This document shows positions 1 to 9,194 of a stretch of DNA of 64,000 nt, piece by piece. Origin of the DNA: Candidatus Micrarchaeota archaeon (GTDB lineage: Archaea > Micrarchaeota > Micrarchaeia > Norongarragalinales > Norongarragalinaceae). Under the pieces are notes generated by a model that saw only the letters and a program-made list of their open reading frames with translations, had not been told where the DNA came from and did no database searches. The stretch covers positions 1 to 64,000 of the forward strand of contig JACQQD010000012.1 in NCBI GenBank assembly GCA_016207165.1. Reading direction: 5' to 3'. Position numbers and translations under genes: made by a program. Within the stretch, counting starts at the first letter, position 1. The number at the start of each line of letters is the position of its first letter.

Positions 1-247
1 AAGACAAAAGGGCGGCGGAACCCGTGGTCATGAAACGCTTTTTTCCCTCAAGAAACGCCGGAGCCACCAACCCGTTGGACGACAACAAAGAAACGGCGTC
101 GTACACCGTCCGGCGGTGGATGCCGGTGAACTGGGCCAAGCGTTCGGCGGTGGACGGGCCCAGTTCAGCCAGCGCCGCATAAATGCGGGCCTCCAGCTCG
201 CCCAAACCCAGCCGTCGGAGCGCCGAAATGCCCTCTTGAAATTCCAC
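1..247 (-). CDS. TrmB-family HTH transcriptional regulator (runs off window start; not in ORF track)
   Basis: Manual translation from GTG at 247: MEFQEGISALRRLGLGELEARIYAALAELGPSTAERLAQFTGIHRRTVYDAVSLLSSNGLV, a typical TrmB N-terminal wHTH pattern. Confidence 0.8.
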   Translation of the reverse strand, partial: MEFQEGISALRRLGLGELEARIYAALAELGPSTAERLAQFTGIHRRTVYDAVSLLSSNGLVAPAFLEGKKRFMTTGSAALLS

Positions 248-332
248 AAAACCCCCAAAGAAGCCGATATTTATATTTGTGGTGGTTTATCCCCCACAAT
301 CCAAGAAAAGCCGTCCGGACCAGTTTCATGGC

Positions 333-638
333 ATGGACGCCGTCATTTCCGGGAGTGGGTGGGAACACCATGCACTGGTATTTTTCGCGTTGATGCTGAC
401 CGTGGGCTTTGTTTCCGGTGAATCGCTTTCCGAAAACCCGGCGGTAGTGGCCGCTGGGCTTTTCATGGCAGTTCCCTCGGCCCTGCTTGGCGTGATCGGC
501 GCCACGGCGCCTCTGTTGGCCCCCGTGGCCTTCATCATCATGGTAGGGTACCTGTTCAATGGATATCGCGCGGCGTGGGGAGACGCGGGGTTCATGGTCA
601 TTGCCGGAAGCTTTCTTGCACTGGTAGCCGGGGTCTAA
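333..638 (+). CDS. small hydrophobic membrane protein (paralog of 2449-2763 and 18829-19128)
   Basis: 101 aa from ATG 333, hydrophobic; LLAPVA..GD..GV C-terminus shared with two other ORFs in the window. Confidence 0.7.
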   Translation: MDAVISGSGWEHHALVFFALMLTVGFVSGESLSENPAVVAAGLFMAVPSALLGVIGATAPLLAPVAFIIMVGYLFNGYRAAWGDAGFMVIAGSFLALVAGV

Positions 639-1375
639 GCTTTTTGTTCTTCAATCACGCGTTGCAACCCTTTGAGCAAAAGCACGTGCTTGCGTTCGTC
701 GGCTTCCACGGATTCAATCAAGAGCCTTGCCGCCGGGCCGAGCCGGGCTTTGAGGGGCCCCAGGTCCGCTTCGTCGGCGGCTTCTTCTTGTTGGATCATT
801 TTGTCCACCGCTTCCTTGGACGGCAGTTTCACGTCGAAGAAGGATTCGGGCTCTTCCAAGTGGTGAATCAATACGGACACGGTATCCGCGTGCCGCAGCG
901 AATCCGAAGCGATCTGCCGGAACATGGTCTGAATCAGTTCGTCCTCGCAGGATTGTGCGAATCGCATGCTTTCCGAGGCGGCGTGCTGTTCTTCTTCCAA
1001 CCGGTCACGCAACAACAACAAGTATTTCCGACGCGAACCTTCGTAGGACAAGCTGGATGACGGGGATTTGGGAATTTCGGAAACCTGGATTTTTTCCGCG
1101 GTTTTCAGAAGCAACGTCGCCGCATTCTTGCCGGGTTTTCCACTGGCGCGAAGCAGTTCGTCGGCCAGCTTCTTGACGTGCGCCATGTTTTGCTTGTCGT
1201 GTTCGATGTCCACAGCCAGCTTACCGCCGCGTTTTCCGGACACGTACTGGGAAACGGCGGGGGCCGTCACTCCTAAGACTTTGGCAGCTTTGGCCCTGGA
1301 AAGTCCCTTGCTTAACACCAGTTCCTTGGCTACGCAGGCGCGGACCGATTGAAGAATGGATTCCGTTGACGTCAT
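635..1375 (-). CDS. HTH regulator fused to a ferritin-like (rubrerythrin-type) domain
   Basis: N-terminal XRE-like HTH (LSRAKAAKVLGVTAPAVSQYVSGKRG); C-terminal repeats with E...DSLRH and E...DERKH four-helix metal-binding motifs. Confidence 0.75.
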   Translation of the reverse strand: MTSTESILQSVRACVAKELVLSKGLSRAKAAKVLGVTAPAVSQYVSGKRGGKLAVDIEHDKQNMAHVKKLADELLRASGKPGKNAATLLLKTAEKIQVSEIPKSPSSSLSYEGSRRKYLLLLRDRLEEEQHAASESMRFAQSCEDELIQTMFRQIASDSLRHADTVSVLIHHLEEPESFFDVKLPSKEAVDKMIQQEEAADEADLGPLKARLGPAARLLIESVEADERKHVLLLKGLQRVIEEQKA

Positions 1376-1386
1376 GAGCGCTTACC

Positions 1387-1456
1387 TAACAGCGTTTTTG
1401 ATTGGATTCACATTGTAACGTCGTTATCCTTTTAAATGTTCTTAACAATGGTTAAG
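1387..1456. promoter_or_regulatory. divergent promoter region with TAAC..GTTA palindromes
   Basis: CTTAACAATGGTTAAG (1441-1456), TAACGTCGTTA (1416-1426), TAACAGCGTT (1387-1396) and TATA-like TTTAAA (1431-1436). Confidence 0.5.
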
Positions 1457-1466
1457 TCCGGTTTTC

Positions 1467-1622
1467 ATGCGCGGGCACTCTGAAGTCATGTACCTGGAAA
1501 TGGTGGCCATGGCCATCGGCGGGTGGCTGATGTACACCGGTGACTTGATCACCGGCGGCATCTTGTTTGTCATCGGAGCCGCCGTACATTTTGGCTTGGG
1601 CGGCTTTGCCACCGGGTTTTGA
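1467..1622 (+). CDS. 51-aa small membrane protein upstream of FTR1 (below ORF-track cutoff)
   Basis: MRGHSEVMYLEMVAMAIGGWLMYTGDLITGGILFVIGAAVHFGLGGFATGF*; follows the TATA element and ends 9 nt before the FTR1 start. Confidence 0.6.
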   Translation: MRGHSEVMYLEMVAMAIGGWLMYTGDLITGGILFVIGAAVHFGLGGFATGF

Positions 1623-1631
1623 GGGAATGAA

Positions 1632-2444
1632 ATGGTTTCCGCGTTCGTCATTCCGTTCCGAGAAACGCTTGAGGCCACGCTGATTGTCGGCGTAGTCTTG
1701 GCGTATTTGCACAAGACGAACAACCAATCCCTATCCAGACACGTGTTTTTTGGGGTGGCCGCCGCCATCGTCGCGAGCGTCTTGACGGCCATCGGGTTCC
1801 AGGTGTTTGCCGGGGGCTTCTCCGGAGCCAACGAGCAAATCTTTGAAGGCGCGACCATGTTTTTGGCTGCCGGCGTCTTGACGTACGTCATCTTCTGGAT
1901 GGCGGCCCAAACCCAATTCTCCAAAAGAATCGAGCAGAAAGTCGATGAGCACCTGACTTCTGGAAAAGTTCTTGGATTGACGGCGTTGTCGTTTTTCGCA
2001 GTATACCGGGAAGGCGTGGAAACGATTTTGTTCATGGGGGCGACGCTTTTTGCCGCCGGCGGACACTTGGACGTGCCATTCGCTTTGGCGGGCGTCTTGA
2101 CCGCGGCGGGCATTGGCTTTTTGGTGTTCAAGTCTGCGCTTCGCTTCCAGCTCAAAACCATCTTCAACGCCACCAGCATTTTGTTGTTGCTGTTTGCCGC
2201 CGGCTTGACCGCGCACGGGGTTCACGAATTTCAGGAAGCCAACGTGTTGCCGACACCGCTTGGAAAAGTGTGGGACACCAACTGGCTTTTGGACGAAAAA
2301 AGCACGGCGGGCACGTTTGCCAAGGCGTTGTTCGGCTACAACGCCGACCCATTTGAATTGGAGGTCGGGGCGTACGCCGCCTACCTGGTGCTAGTCGGCG
2401 TTGCGTACTTGCATTGGGTCCGACCCAAAGCCAAGCCGACTTGA
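1632..2444 (+). CDS. FTR1/EfeU-family iron permease
   Basis: Two RExxE motifs (RETLE, REGVE) and multiple TM helices. Confidence 0.9.
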   Translation: MVSAFVIPFRETLEATLIVGVVLAYLHKTNNQSLSRHVFFGVAAAIVASVLTAIGFQVFAGGFSGANEQIFEGATMFLAAGVLTYVIFWMAAQTQFSKRIEQKVDEHLTSGKVLGLTALSFFAVYREGVETILFMGATLFAAGGHLDVPFALAGVLTAAGIGFLVFKSALRFQLKTIFNATSILLLLFAAGLTAHGVHEFQEANVLPTPLGKVWDTNWLLDEKSTAGTFAKALFGYNADPFELEVGAYAAYLVLVGVAYLHWVRPKAKPT

Positions 2445-2448
2445 GAAC

Positions 2449-2763
2449 CTAGACACCCAAAAACATGATGAGGGCACCCGAAAAAATGCCCCAGTAAATG
2501 GCCTCGCCCAGCGTATCTTTTAGGAAGACCAGCCACCAGAGAAACGCCAGCGCCGCCAAGGGTGCCAAGAGGCCGCCGGAAGCCGTGGTGACCACTTTGA
2601 CCACCATCATGGGAATGGCGGCAAGCATGCCCAGCGACCAAATCCAGAAGCTCTGCGACGCGGAGACGCCGTGGACGTACATGTCGGACGCGACCAGAAT
2701 GAAAATCAGGGACAAAAACGTCCCCAACGGAAATCCGTCCCGCAAATCCACCATTTGTTTCAC
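2449..2763 (-). CDS. small hydrophobic membrane protein (paralog family)
   Basis: ~101-104 aa with LLAPLAALA..GE..GV C-terminus; alternative ATG at 2754. Confidence 0.7.
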   Translation of the reverse strand: MKQMVDLRDGFPLGTFLSLIFILVASDMYVHGVSASQSFWIWSLGMLAAIPMMVVKVVTTASGGLLAPLAALAFLWWLVFLKDTLGEAIYWGIFSGALIMFLGV

Positions 2764-2851
2764 TTAAAAGTAGTTACATCTGATTTTGATTAAGAGAATT
2801 TGTCCTCCTGAAAAGGACAACGTTTTTATTTAACTCATCCGTGGGCAGTGG

Positions 2852-3601
2852 GTGGAGAAGCTGGACGCCGACCAATGGCAGACCCTGAAAGGCTTGGGGC
2901 TGACGGACAACGAAGTGCGCACGTATTTGGCGCTTTTGGAGCAAGGCGCCACGACCGTCGGCCCCCTGGTGCCGAAAACGCAGATGCACCGCTCGCGCGT
3001 GTACGCTTCCCTGGAGCGGTTGGTGGAAAAGGGGTTCGTCTCCGTCATCCGGAAAAGCCAGAAACACATCTACCAGGCGTTGGCGCCGGAATCGTTGCTG
3101 GAAATGTTGGAGGAGAAAAAGCGGGGCGTCACGGAACTCTTGCCTGCGCTTTCCGCCATGGCGACGCCCAGCGTCCTGTCGGCGGCCATGTACGAGGGCA
3201 TTCCGGCGATGAAGGCGGTGCGCATGAAGCTCTTGTCGGAAATGAAGGCCGGGGAAACCCTGCTGGTGCAGGGTGCGCCAAGCCTTGGCAACAAGCGCAT
3301 CGAGGCGTGGTACCTGGAGTTTCACCGCCAACGCGAGAGAAAGGGCGTGAACGTCAAGATTTTGTACAACGCGGACGCGCGGCAATACGGCGAAAAACGG
3401 TTGAAGTTGTTCAAGCGCCTGCAGTGCCGGTACATGGAGGAAAAAACGGTGACCCCCGCTTGGGTGGACGTCTTCTCGGACTCCATCATGATCGTTGTGT
3501 TCAAGCCGCCGGTAATTAGCTTCGTGGTCAAAGACCGGGGATTGCGGGATAGTTTTGCCGCCTTTTTTGACGTGCTTTGGAAGAATGCGGCGCGGCGGTA
3601 G
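2852..3601 (+). CDS. TrmB-family transcriptional regulator
   Basis: LKGLGLTDNEVRTYLALL..HRSRVYASLERLVEKG wHTH plus C-terminal effector domain (YEG). Confidence 0.9.
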   Translation: MEKLDADQWQTLKGLGLTDNEVRTYLALLEQGATTVGPLVPKTQMHRSRVYASLERLVEKGFVSVIRKSQKHIYQALAPESLLEMLEEKKRGVTELLPALSAMATPSVLSAAMYEGIPAMKAVRMKLLSEMKAGETLLVQGAPSLGNKRIEAWYLEFHRQRERKGVNVKILYNADARQYGEKRLKLFKRLQCRYMEEKTVTPAWVDVFSDSIMIVVFKPPVISFVVKDRGLRDSFAAFFDVLWKNAARR

Positions 3602-3641
3602 TATAAATCCGAGACGCTTAAAACCAAATGGCAACACCTGC

Positions 3642-3992
3642 ATGAATCCCGTGAAATGCCGGCTTTGGAAAGCGGACCTAAAACCCGAAGACCTTCGACT
3701 CAAGGAACGCTTTGAATTGGTTACCACGTACTTCAAAGACGATGACTGGTGGCGGTATTTGCTGAAGTGCCGGGAATGCGGGCAATTGTACTTTTTTGAA
3801 TTCTATGAGGAACGGGATTGGGAGAAAGGCAACGATCCCCAGTATAGCGTCTGGATTCCCGTGGCATCCGGGGAAGAAGGCAAGGAAATGGCGCACAAGT
3901 CCAAAGCCGAACTGCGCACCGTCGTGCCGCGCATTCAAAGCGATTGGCCGGCAGACCAAGAAAAAAAGGACGTTCGGTGGATCAGGGAATGA
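3642..3992 (+). CDS. hypothetical protein with CxxC motif
   Basis: 116 aa from ATG 3642, LKCRECGQLY; ATGA overlap with next gene. Confidence 0.65.
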   Translation: MNPVKCRLWKADLKPEDLRLKERFELVTTYFKDDDWWRYLLKCRECGQLYFFEFYEERDWEKGNDPQYSVWIPVASGEEGKEMAHKSKAELRTVVPRIQSDWPADQEKKDVRWIRE

Positions 3993-4543
3993 AAAAAACT
4001 CCCAAGGACATCGTCGAGAAAGCCGCCCGAATTGCCGTGGTCGCGCACGCGAAGCAAAAACGCAAAGGCGACGGCTCGCCCTACATCGTGCACCCCTTCA
4101 GGGTGGCGTTAAAGCTTGCTCAGAACGGGTTTAGCGACGAAGTCATCGCCGCGGCGCTGGTGCACGACGTGCTGGAGGACACGACGTACCCGGAAAAAAA
4201 GCTCCGGAGAGAACTGGGCGAATCCGTGTACCGCATCGTCAAAGCCGTGACCAACGACGACTCGCTTTCCTGGGAGGAAAAAAAGAGGAAATACGTGCAA
4301 ACCGTGCGCGCCGGGCCCGCGGGCGCCAAAGCCGTATGCGTGGCGGACAAAATCCACAACATGGAAAGCCTGTTAACCGATTACCAAAAACAAGGCCCCG
4401 CCATTTGGAAGAAGTTCAACCGGGGCAAGAAACAGAAAAAGTGGTTTGAACGCATGGTGCTTGAAATGCTTCGGGAAACATTCAAGCACCCGCTGGTGGA
4501 TGAATACGCACAACTCATTGAAAGGGAAGAAAAACTCAAGTAA
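3989..4543 (+). CDS. HD-domain protein, Mesh1/small alarmone hydrolase-like
   Basis: RKGDGSPYIVHP, AALVHDVLEDT and ADKIHN motifs of the RelA/SpoT HD domain. Confidence 0.85.
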   Translation: MKKTPKDIVEKAARIAVVAHAKQKRKGDGSPYIVHPFRVALKLAQNGFSDEVIAAALVHDVLEDTTYPEKKLRRELGESVYRIVKAVTNDDSLSWEEKKRKYVQTVRAGPAGAKAVCVADKIHNMESLLTDYQKQGPAIWKKFNRGKKQKKWFERMVLEMLRETFKHPLVDEYAQLIEREEKLK

Positions 4544-4648
4544 AAGGGGCTCCCGAAATTCAGTGCGGACAAAGGGGACCCGAAACCCTAAATAAACGCG
4601 GACGCCTAGAACGTATTCGGAAACGTTTTTTGTTGGCTTGAAGGGTTA

Positions 4649-7402
4649 GTGAAGGACATGGCGGAAAAATCAAAGGCCTTGTACGAGTTTAGAAAACAAG
4701 TCAAGGCCCTCAAAGAGTACCGCGGACGCGGGACGGAACTGGTCACCGTGTACATCACTCCGGGGTACCCCATCCACGAAATCGCGTCCAAACTCCGCGA
4801 CGAATACGGGCAGGCCGGCAACATCAAATCCAAGACCACCCAGAAAAACGTGCAAGGAGCGCTGGAACGCATCCTGAATCATTTGAAGACGTTCAAGAAA
4901 ACGCCGGAAAACGGGGTGGCCTTGTTCGCCGGCAACATTTCGGAGAAAGAGGGCCGCACCGACATCCAACTGTTCACCATCGAGCCGCCCATGCCGCTTC
5001 ACACGCAATTCTACCGGTGCGAAAGCATCTTCGTGACTGAACCGCTGGAGGAGCTCTCCGAGAAAACAGATTCATACGGGTTGGTGGTTTTGGATGGAAA
5101 GGAAGCCACCATCGCGGTTCTGGCAGGAAAGAAAATCAACGTGATCAAGCACGTGCACACCACGGCCCACCAAAAAGTGGCAAAGGGGGGGCAATGCATC
5201 CATGAAAGCGAGTTGGTGACGCTTGCGGATGGGTCCATCGTCCCCATTCTGGAAGCCACCGAAAAATGTGACTTGGCAAGCCTTGACTTTGCCTCTCAAA
5301 AAACGCTAATGGCCAACTGCGACGCCGTATTCAGGCGTCAAGCACAAAAAGCGTACATTTTGACGACCAAAAACCCGAAGACAACGATTCAAACAACGCC
5401 GGAACACGTTTTCTTCGTCATCGGGTCAGAAGGCATTGCGGAGAAACACGTAGAAAACCTCAAAGTCGGCGACCGACTGGTAAGCGTACGGGAAATTGCA
5501 GCACCGCTTGCAAGCTACGTACGCCTGGAAGCCTGCATCCCGCTGAGCACCCCCACGTTAAACGCCGCCGGATGCAACACGCTAACTATGATTCGGCAGC
5601 AACGGGGATTGCGTCAAAAAGACGTGGCCCGGTCAATCCAAACTGACCAAATGTCCGTTTCAGAACTTGAACGTGGAACGGCTAACTTCAAGAAAGAACG
5701 GCTAGCCCGAATCCTTTTATTCTACGGTTTGGACGAAGGGAAATTTTATTCAAAGTACGTTGTACAAAAGCCGTTAATCCAATTCCCGGAAACACTTAAC
5801 CCGCCTTTGGCGCAAATGCTCGGCTACCTCATCGGCGATGGGACACACGACGGAAACCGGTTCATTTTTTACGAACCGGATCGGCAATGCGTCCTGCACT
5901 ACAAGCAATTAATTGAGAACACATTTGGCGTCAAGTGTAAAGTTAAGCCAAAGCCGCACCGCGGGTACCATGAGTTGCGGGCCTACAGCAAGTATCTGGT
6001 TGAAGCCATTGAAACGCTCTTTCCGGAAGCCCTCGATAAAAAAGTACCCCGTAAAGTCATGCAGTCCCCCAGCGACGTCACCGCCGCTTTTGCAAAAGGC
6101 CTGTTTGATGCCGAGGGAAGCGTCGGCAGCGGACGCGTGGCCATTGCCATGGCCAACAAGCAAGTCATCCACGTCTTGCACGCCTTGTTGCTCCGCCAAG
6201 GCATCATTTCAAGCGTCGGACCCAAAAAAGCCAAACACCAGCCTCAATACCAGCTGGAAGTCAACGACTACACTTCCCTAAAGCGATTCGCGGAAGTGAT
6301 TGGCTTTTCTCACGATAGAAAACAACGCGCGTTGTACGCCGTTTTGGCCCGAAAAACGAATAGGAACTATACCGACCAGATTCCATTGAATGGCCGCCTC
6401 GTTTCCAGATTGGCAAAACAAATGGGACTGCGTCACGCCCGATTCAAGGGGTTGCCGGGTTTCCTTAATGGACAGCGAAACATCAGTCGCGAGATTTTCG
6501 CAAACCGCGTGCTCCCCGTTTTCAAGACTCAACTCCAGCGTTTAAGCGAAACACAAGACCTGGAAGACCCAAAGACCCAAGAAGCCCAGCGCATCCTCGA
6601 ATTCCTGGAAAAAACAGCCTCTGGAACCGTCATTCCAGCTATCCTGGCCAAAAAAACCAGCGTCAAACCCACCGGACAATTCATTGACTTGACGATACCT
6701 CAAACCCAAAACTTCATCGTTAACGGGCTGGTCGTCCACAACAGCGCCGCGCGGTACGACCGCCTGCACACCGAAGCCGTGGAATACTATTACAAGCGAA
6801 TCGGAGAAGCCATGGACGCGTTCTTGAACGTGAAAAACTTCAAGGGCGTCATCGTCGGCGGACCGGGGCCCACGAAAGAGAATTTCCTGAAAGCCAACGC
6901 ATTCAATTACCAACTCAACGTCTTGGGCACCGTGGACACAGGGTACACGGACGAATACGGCTTGCGCGAGTTGCTGGAGAAAGGCCAGGATTTAATTGCC
7001 CAACAGGAATCCGTCAAGGAAAAACAACTCATCGACCGCTTCATGAAGGAAGTCTCCACCAACGGTTTGGCGGCGTACGGCTATACGGACATCAAGCAAA
7101 AACTGGAGAACCACCAATTGGAGGCGTTGCTGGTCTCCGAGGATCTGGACTTGATGCAATTTGACGCGGTTTGCTCGCAATGCGGGAAAGTGCGGACGGT
7201 GTTCGGCGAAAAATTCGAGGAAAGCGAGTGCTCCTGCGGCGGCAAGTACAGACTGAAAAGCGATACGCACGCCTCCAACGCCCTGATCGAGGAAGCCGAA
7301 CGCCAAAACGTTCCCGTGGAACTCATTTCGCGGGACACGGCGGAAGGCGCCACGTTCTACGCCACCTTCAAGGGATTGGGCGCGTTTTTGCGATACCGGT
7401 AG
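4649..7402 (+). CDS. prf1: peptide chain release factor aRF1, intein-containing precursor
   Basis: GTELVTVYI, NIKS, YRCES and GGQ/S motifs; ~400-aa extein after intein removal; alternative ATG at 4658. Confidence 0.95.
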   Translation: MKDMAEKSKALYEFRKQVKALKEYRGRGTELVTVYITPGYPIHEIASKLRDEYGQAGNIKSKTTQKNVQGALERILNHLKTFKKTPENGVALFAGNISEKEGRTDIQLFTIEPPMPLHTQFYRCESIFVTEPLEELSEKTDSYGLVVLDGKEATIAVLAGKKINVIKHVHTTAHQKVAKGGQCIHESELVTLADGSIVPILEATEKCDLASLDFASQKTLMANCDAVFRRQAQKAYILTTKNPKTTIQTTPEHVFFVIGSEGIAEKHVENLKVGDRLVSVREIAAPLASYVRLEACIPLSTPTLNAAGCNTLTMIRQQRGLRQKDVARSIQTDQMSVSELERGTANFKKERLARILLFYGLDEGKFYSKYVVQKPLIQFPETLNPPLAQMLGYLIGDGTHDGNRFIFYEPDRQCVLHYKQLIENTFGVKCKVKPKPHRGYHELRAYSKYLVEAIETLFPEALDKKVPRKVMQSPSDVTAAFAKGLFDAEGSVGSGRVAIAMANKQVIHVLHALLLRQGIISSVGPKKAKHQPQYQLEVNDYTSLKRFAEVIGFSHDRKQRALYAVLARKTNRNYTDQIPLNGRLVSRLAKQMGLRHARFKGLPGFLNGQRNISREIFANRVLPVFKTQLQRLSETQDLEDPKTQEAQRILEFLEKTASGTVIPAILAKKTSVKPTGQFIDLTIPQTQNFIVNGLVVHNSAARYDRLHTEAVEYYYKRIGEAMDAFLNVKNFKGVIVGGPGPTKENFLKANAFNYQLNVLGTVDTGYTDEYGLRELLEKGQDLIAQQESVKEKQLIDRFMKEVSTNGLAAYGYTDIKQKLENHQLEALLVSEDLDLMQFDAVCSQCGKVRTVFGEKFEESECSCGGKYRLKSDTHASNALIEEAERQNVPVELISRDTAEGATFYATFKGLGAFLRYR
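5195..6742 (+). mobile_element. intein (516 aa) with LAGLIDADG homing endonuclease and XRE-type HTH
   Basis: Begins C (GGQ|CIHESE), block B TTPEH, ends VVHN|S; LGYLIGDG and AKGLFDAEG motifs; IRQQRGLRQKDVA..VSELERG HTH. Confidence 0.95.
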
Positions 7403-7416
7403 TCGAGTTAACCTCC

Positions 7417-8604
7417 ATGTTCCGAGCTCAAAACCCAAGCGAGTTCATCGTCGAGGAAATCCTTTCCGACGGCACCGTTTTGGAAATAGACAAGCCCATC
7501 GACTTGGGAAAGCCGGAAGACCAAGGCCTTGAACGCGACTACTTTACTCATTTCGTATTGCAGAAAACGGATTGGAACACCATGCAGGCCTTGGGGTCGC
7601 TGGCTCACCGCTTGAACGTTAAACCTGGCCGACTGAATTTTGCGGGCACCAAAGACAAAAAGGCGGTGACGGTCCAGCGGTGCTCCGCGTTTGCCGTGGA
7701 GCCTCAACGCATTTTGTCGGCGAACGTCAAGGACGTGGTGGTGTTGGGGGCGTGGAAGGCCAAGGAAAAAATGCGTTTGGGCGACTTGGGCGGCAACCGG
7801 TTCACCATTACGCTTACAAAGGAAAACACGGGGGCAACGGTTGACGCCGAACGCGTCCAGGAAAACGTGGAAGCATCCAAGTACACGATGAAGAACTTGT
7901 TTGGCGCGCAACGCTTCGGTTCCCTTCGCCAGAACACCGCCACCGTGGGAAAACACGTCGTCGCCGGAAACTTGGAGTCTGCCGCCTGGGAGTATTTGGC
8001 GGGTGAAGGCCCGGAACCGGAAAACTTCGCTTCCGTGCGAAAAAAGTTGCGCGAGGAAAAGGATTTTGCGGCGGCGCAAACGTATTTCCCGCATCCGTTG
8101 CGGTACGAAAAACAGATGCTGGCGCATTTGGCGGTAACATCCACGGATTTCGGTGGGTCTCTCCGCAGGCTTCCGCGGAACCTTCAGCTCATGTTCGTGC
8201 ATGCCTTCCAGGCCGAACTCTTCAACGAATACGTTGCAGAGAACGAAGGCGACTACTCGTGTCCGTCCAACCCGCTGGGTTTCCCGGACGTTCAAAAAGC
8301 CGTGCCTGGAAGCGAGTTGGAGTGGCCGTGCGCGCATGTCATCGGCTACGACGTGGAATTGTCGGAAAGCGAAGGAGCGTTTTTGGAGGAAAAGGGCGTG
8401 GACGCGTCGGCGTTCAAGCTCAAATCCATGCCGGAACTCAGCGCGAAGGGCGTTTTGCGTCCGACGCGCGTGCCGTTGAAAGACTTTCAAATCGTGTCGG
8501 AAGAGCCGTTGGTCGTCCGGTTTTCGTTGCCGTCGGGAAGTTATGCGACGACGGCGTTGGACGTGCTGCTCCAACAGGAAAACCTTAATAGCCAGGCATC
8601 ATGA
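7417..8604 (+). CDS. truD: tRNA pseudouridine(13) synthase TruD
   Basis: FIVEE, FAGTKDKKAVTVQ, LGGNRFTI, FGAQRFG and FSLPSGSYAT motifs; ATG 7417. Confidence 0.92.
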   Translation: MFRAQNPSEFIVEEILSDGTVLEIDKPIDLGKPEDQGLERDYFTHFVLQKTDWNTMQALGSLAHRLNVKPGRLNFAGTKDKKAVTVQRCSAFAVEPQRILSANVKDVVVLGAWKAKEKMRLGDLGGNRFTITLTKENTGATVDAERVQENVEASKYTMKNLFGAQRFGSLRQNTATVGKHVVAGNLESAAWEYLAGEGPEPENFASVRKKLREEKDFAAAQTYFPHPLRYEKQMLAHLAVTSTDFGGSLRRLPRNLQLMFVHAFQAELFNEYVAENEGDYSCPSNPLGFPDVQKAVPGSELEWPCAHVIGYDVELSESEGAFLEEKGVDASAFKLKSMPELSAKGVLRPTRVPLKDFQIVSEEPLVVRFSLPSGSYATTALDVLLQQENLNSQAS

Positions 8605-8611
8605 ACGGTTC

Positions 8612-9163
8612 ATGCAACCGCATAAAGCGGCTGGCGTCATGGCCGCCTTGGGGTCCGTGGCCTTCATTTTCCTTGTGATCCTGGCCACTGCCAAGTACCC
8701 CGGCTACTTGTTTTCGGAAAACTATTTGAGCGACTTGGGCGTGCACTCCGAAGCCGGGTTGTTCTTTTTCACGGCTACAATCCTAATGGGTTTGGCGTTG
8801 GCGGCGGTGGGCGCGCTTTGCTGGAAAAACGAGTTGGTGCCGAAGGCCGCGGCGGGGTTGCTGGTCGCGGCGGGCTTGGGGCTAATGGGAGTCGGTTTTT
8901 TTCCGAAGGAAGTGGAGCCGCACCACAGCGTTTCTGCGGGGTTGACGTTTTTAAGCGTGGGGCTGGCGGGACTGAATGTGGCGTGGAATTGGTTTCAAGA
9001 GAAGCAAAGCATGCTTTTGAGTTTGGGGGCCGCGGTGGTGGGCTTGGCCCCGTTGGCGTACGTGGCCTTCTTTCAGGATAGCCCGTTGGCGCAGAAAATC
9101 GCGGTCAGCGTCATGGTGCTGGGTTTTATTGGATTGGGTTTTTGGTTGCTGAAGAAAAAGTAG
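8612..9163 (+). CDS. DUF998-like membrane protein
   Basis: YPGY..NYLSDLG motif, GVGFFP..H, several TM segments. Confidence 0.75.
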   Translation: MQPHKAAGVMAALGSVAFIFLVILATAKYPGYLFSENYLSDLGVHSEAGLFFFTATILMGLALAAVGALCWKNELVPKAAAGLLVAAGLGLMGVGFFPKEVEPHHSVSAGLTFLSVGLAGLNVAWNWFQEKQSMLLSLGAAVVGLAPLAYVAFFQDSPLAQKIAVSVMVLGFIGLGFWLLKKK

Positions 9164-9165
9164 AA

Positions 9166-9184
9166 AAGGGGCAAAGAGCCCCTT
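9166..9184. terminator. hairpin between convergent genes
   Basis: AAGGGGC-aaaga-GCCCCTT inverted repeat. Confidence 0.4.
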
Positions 9185-9194
9185 CAAACGGATT

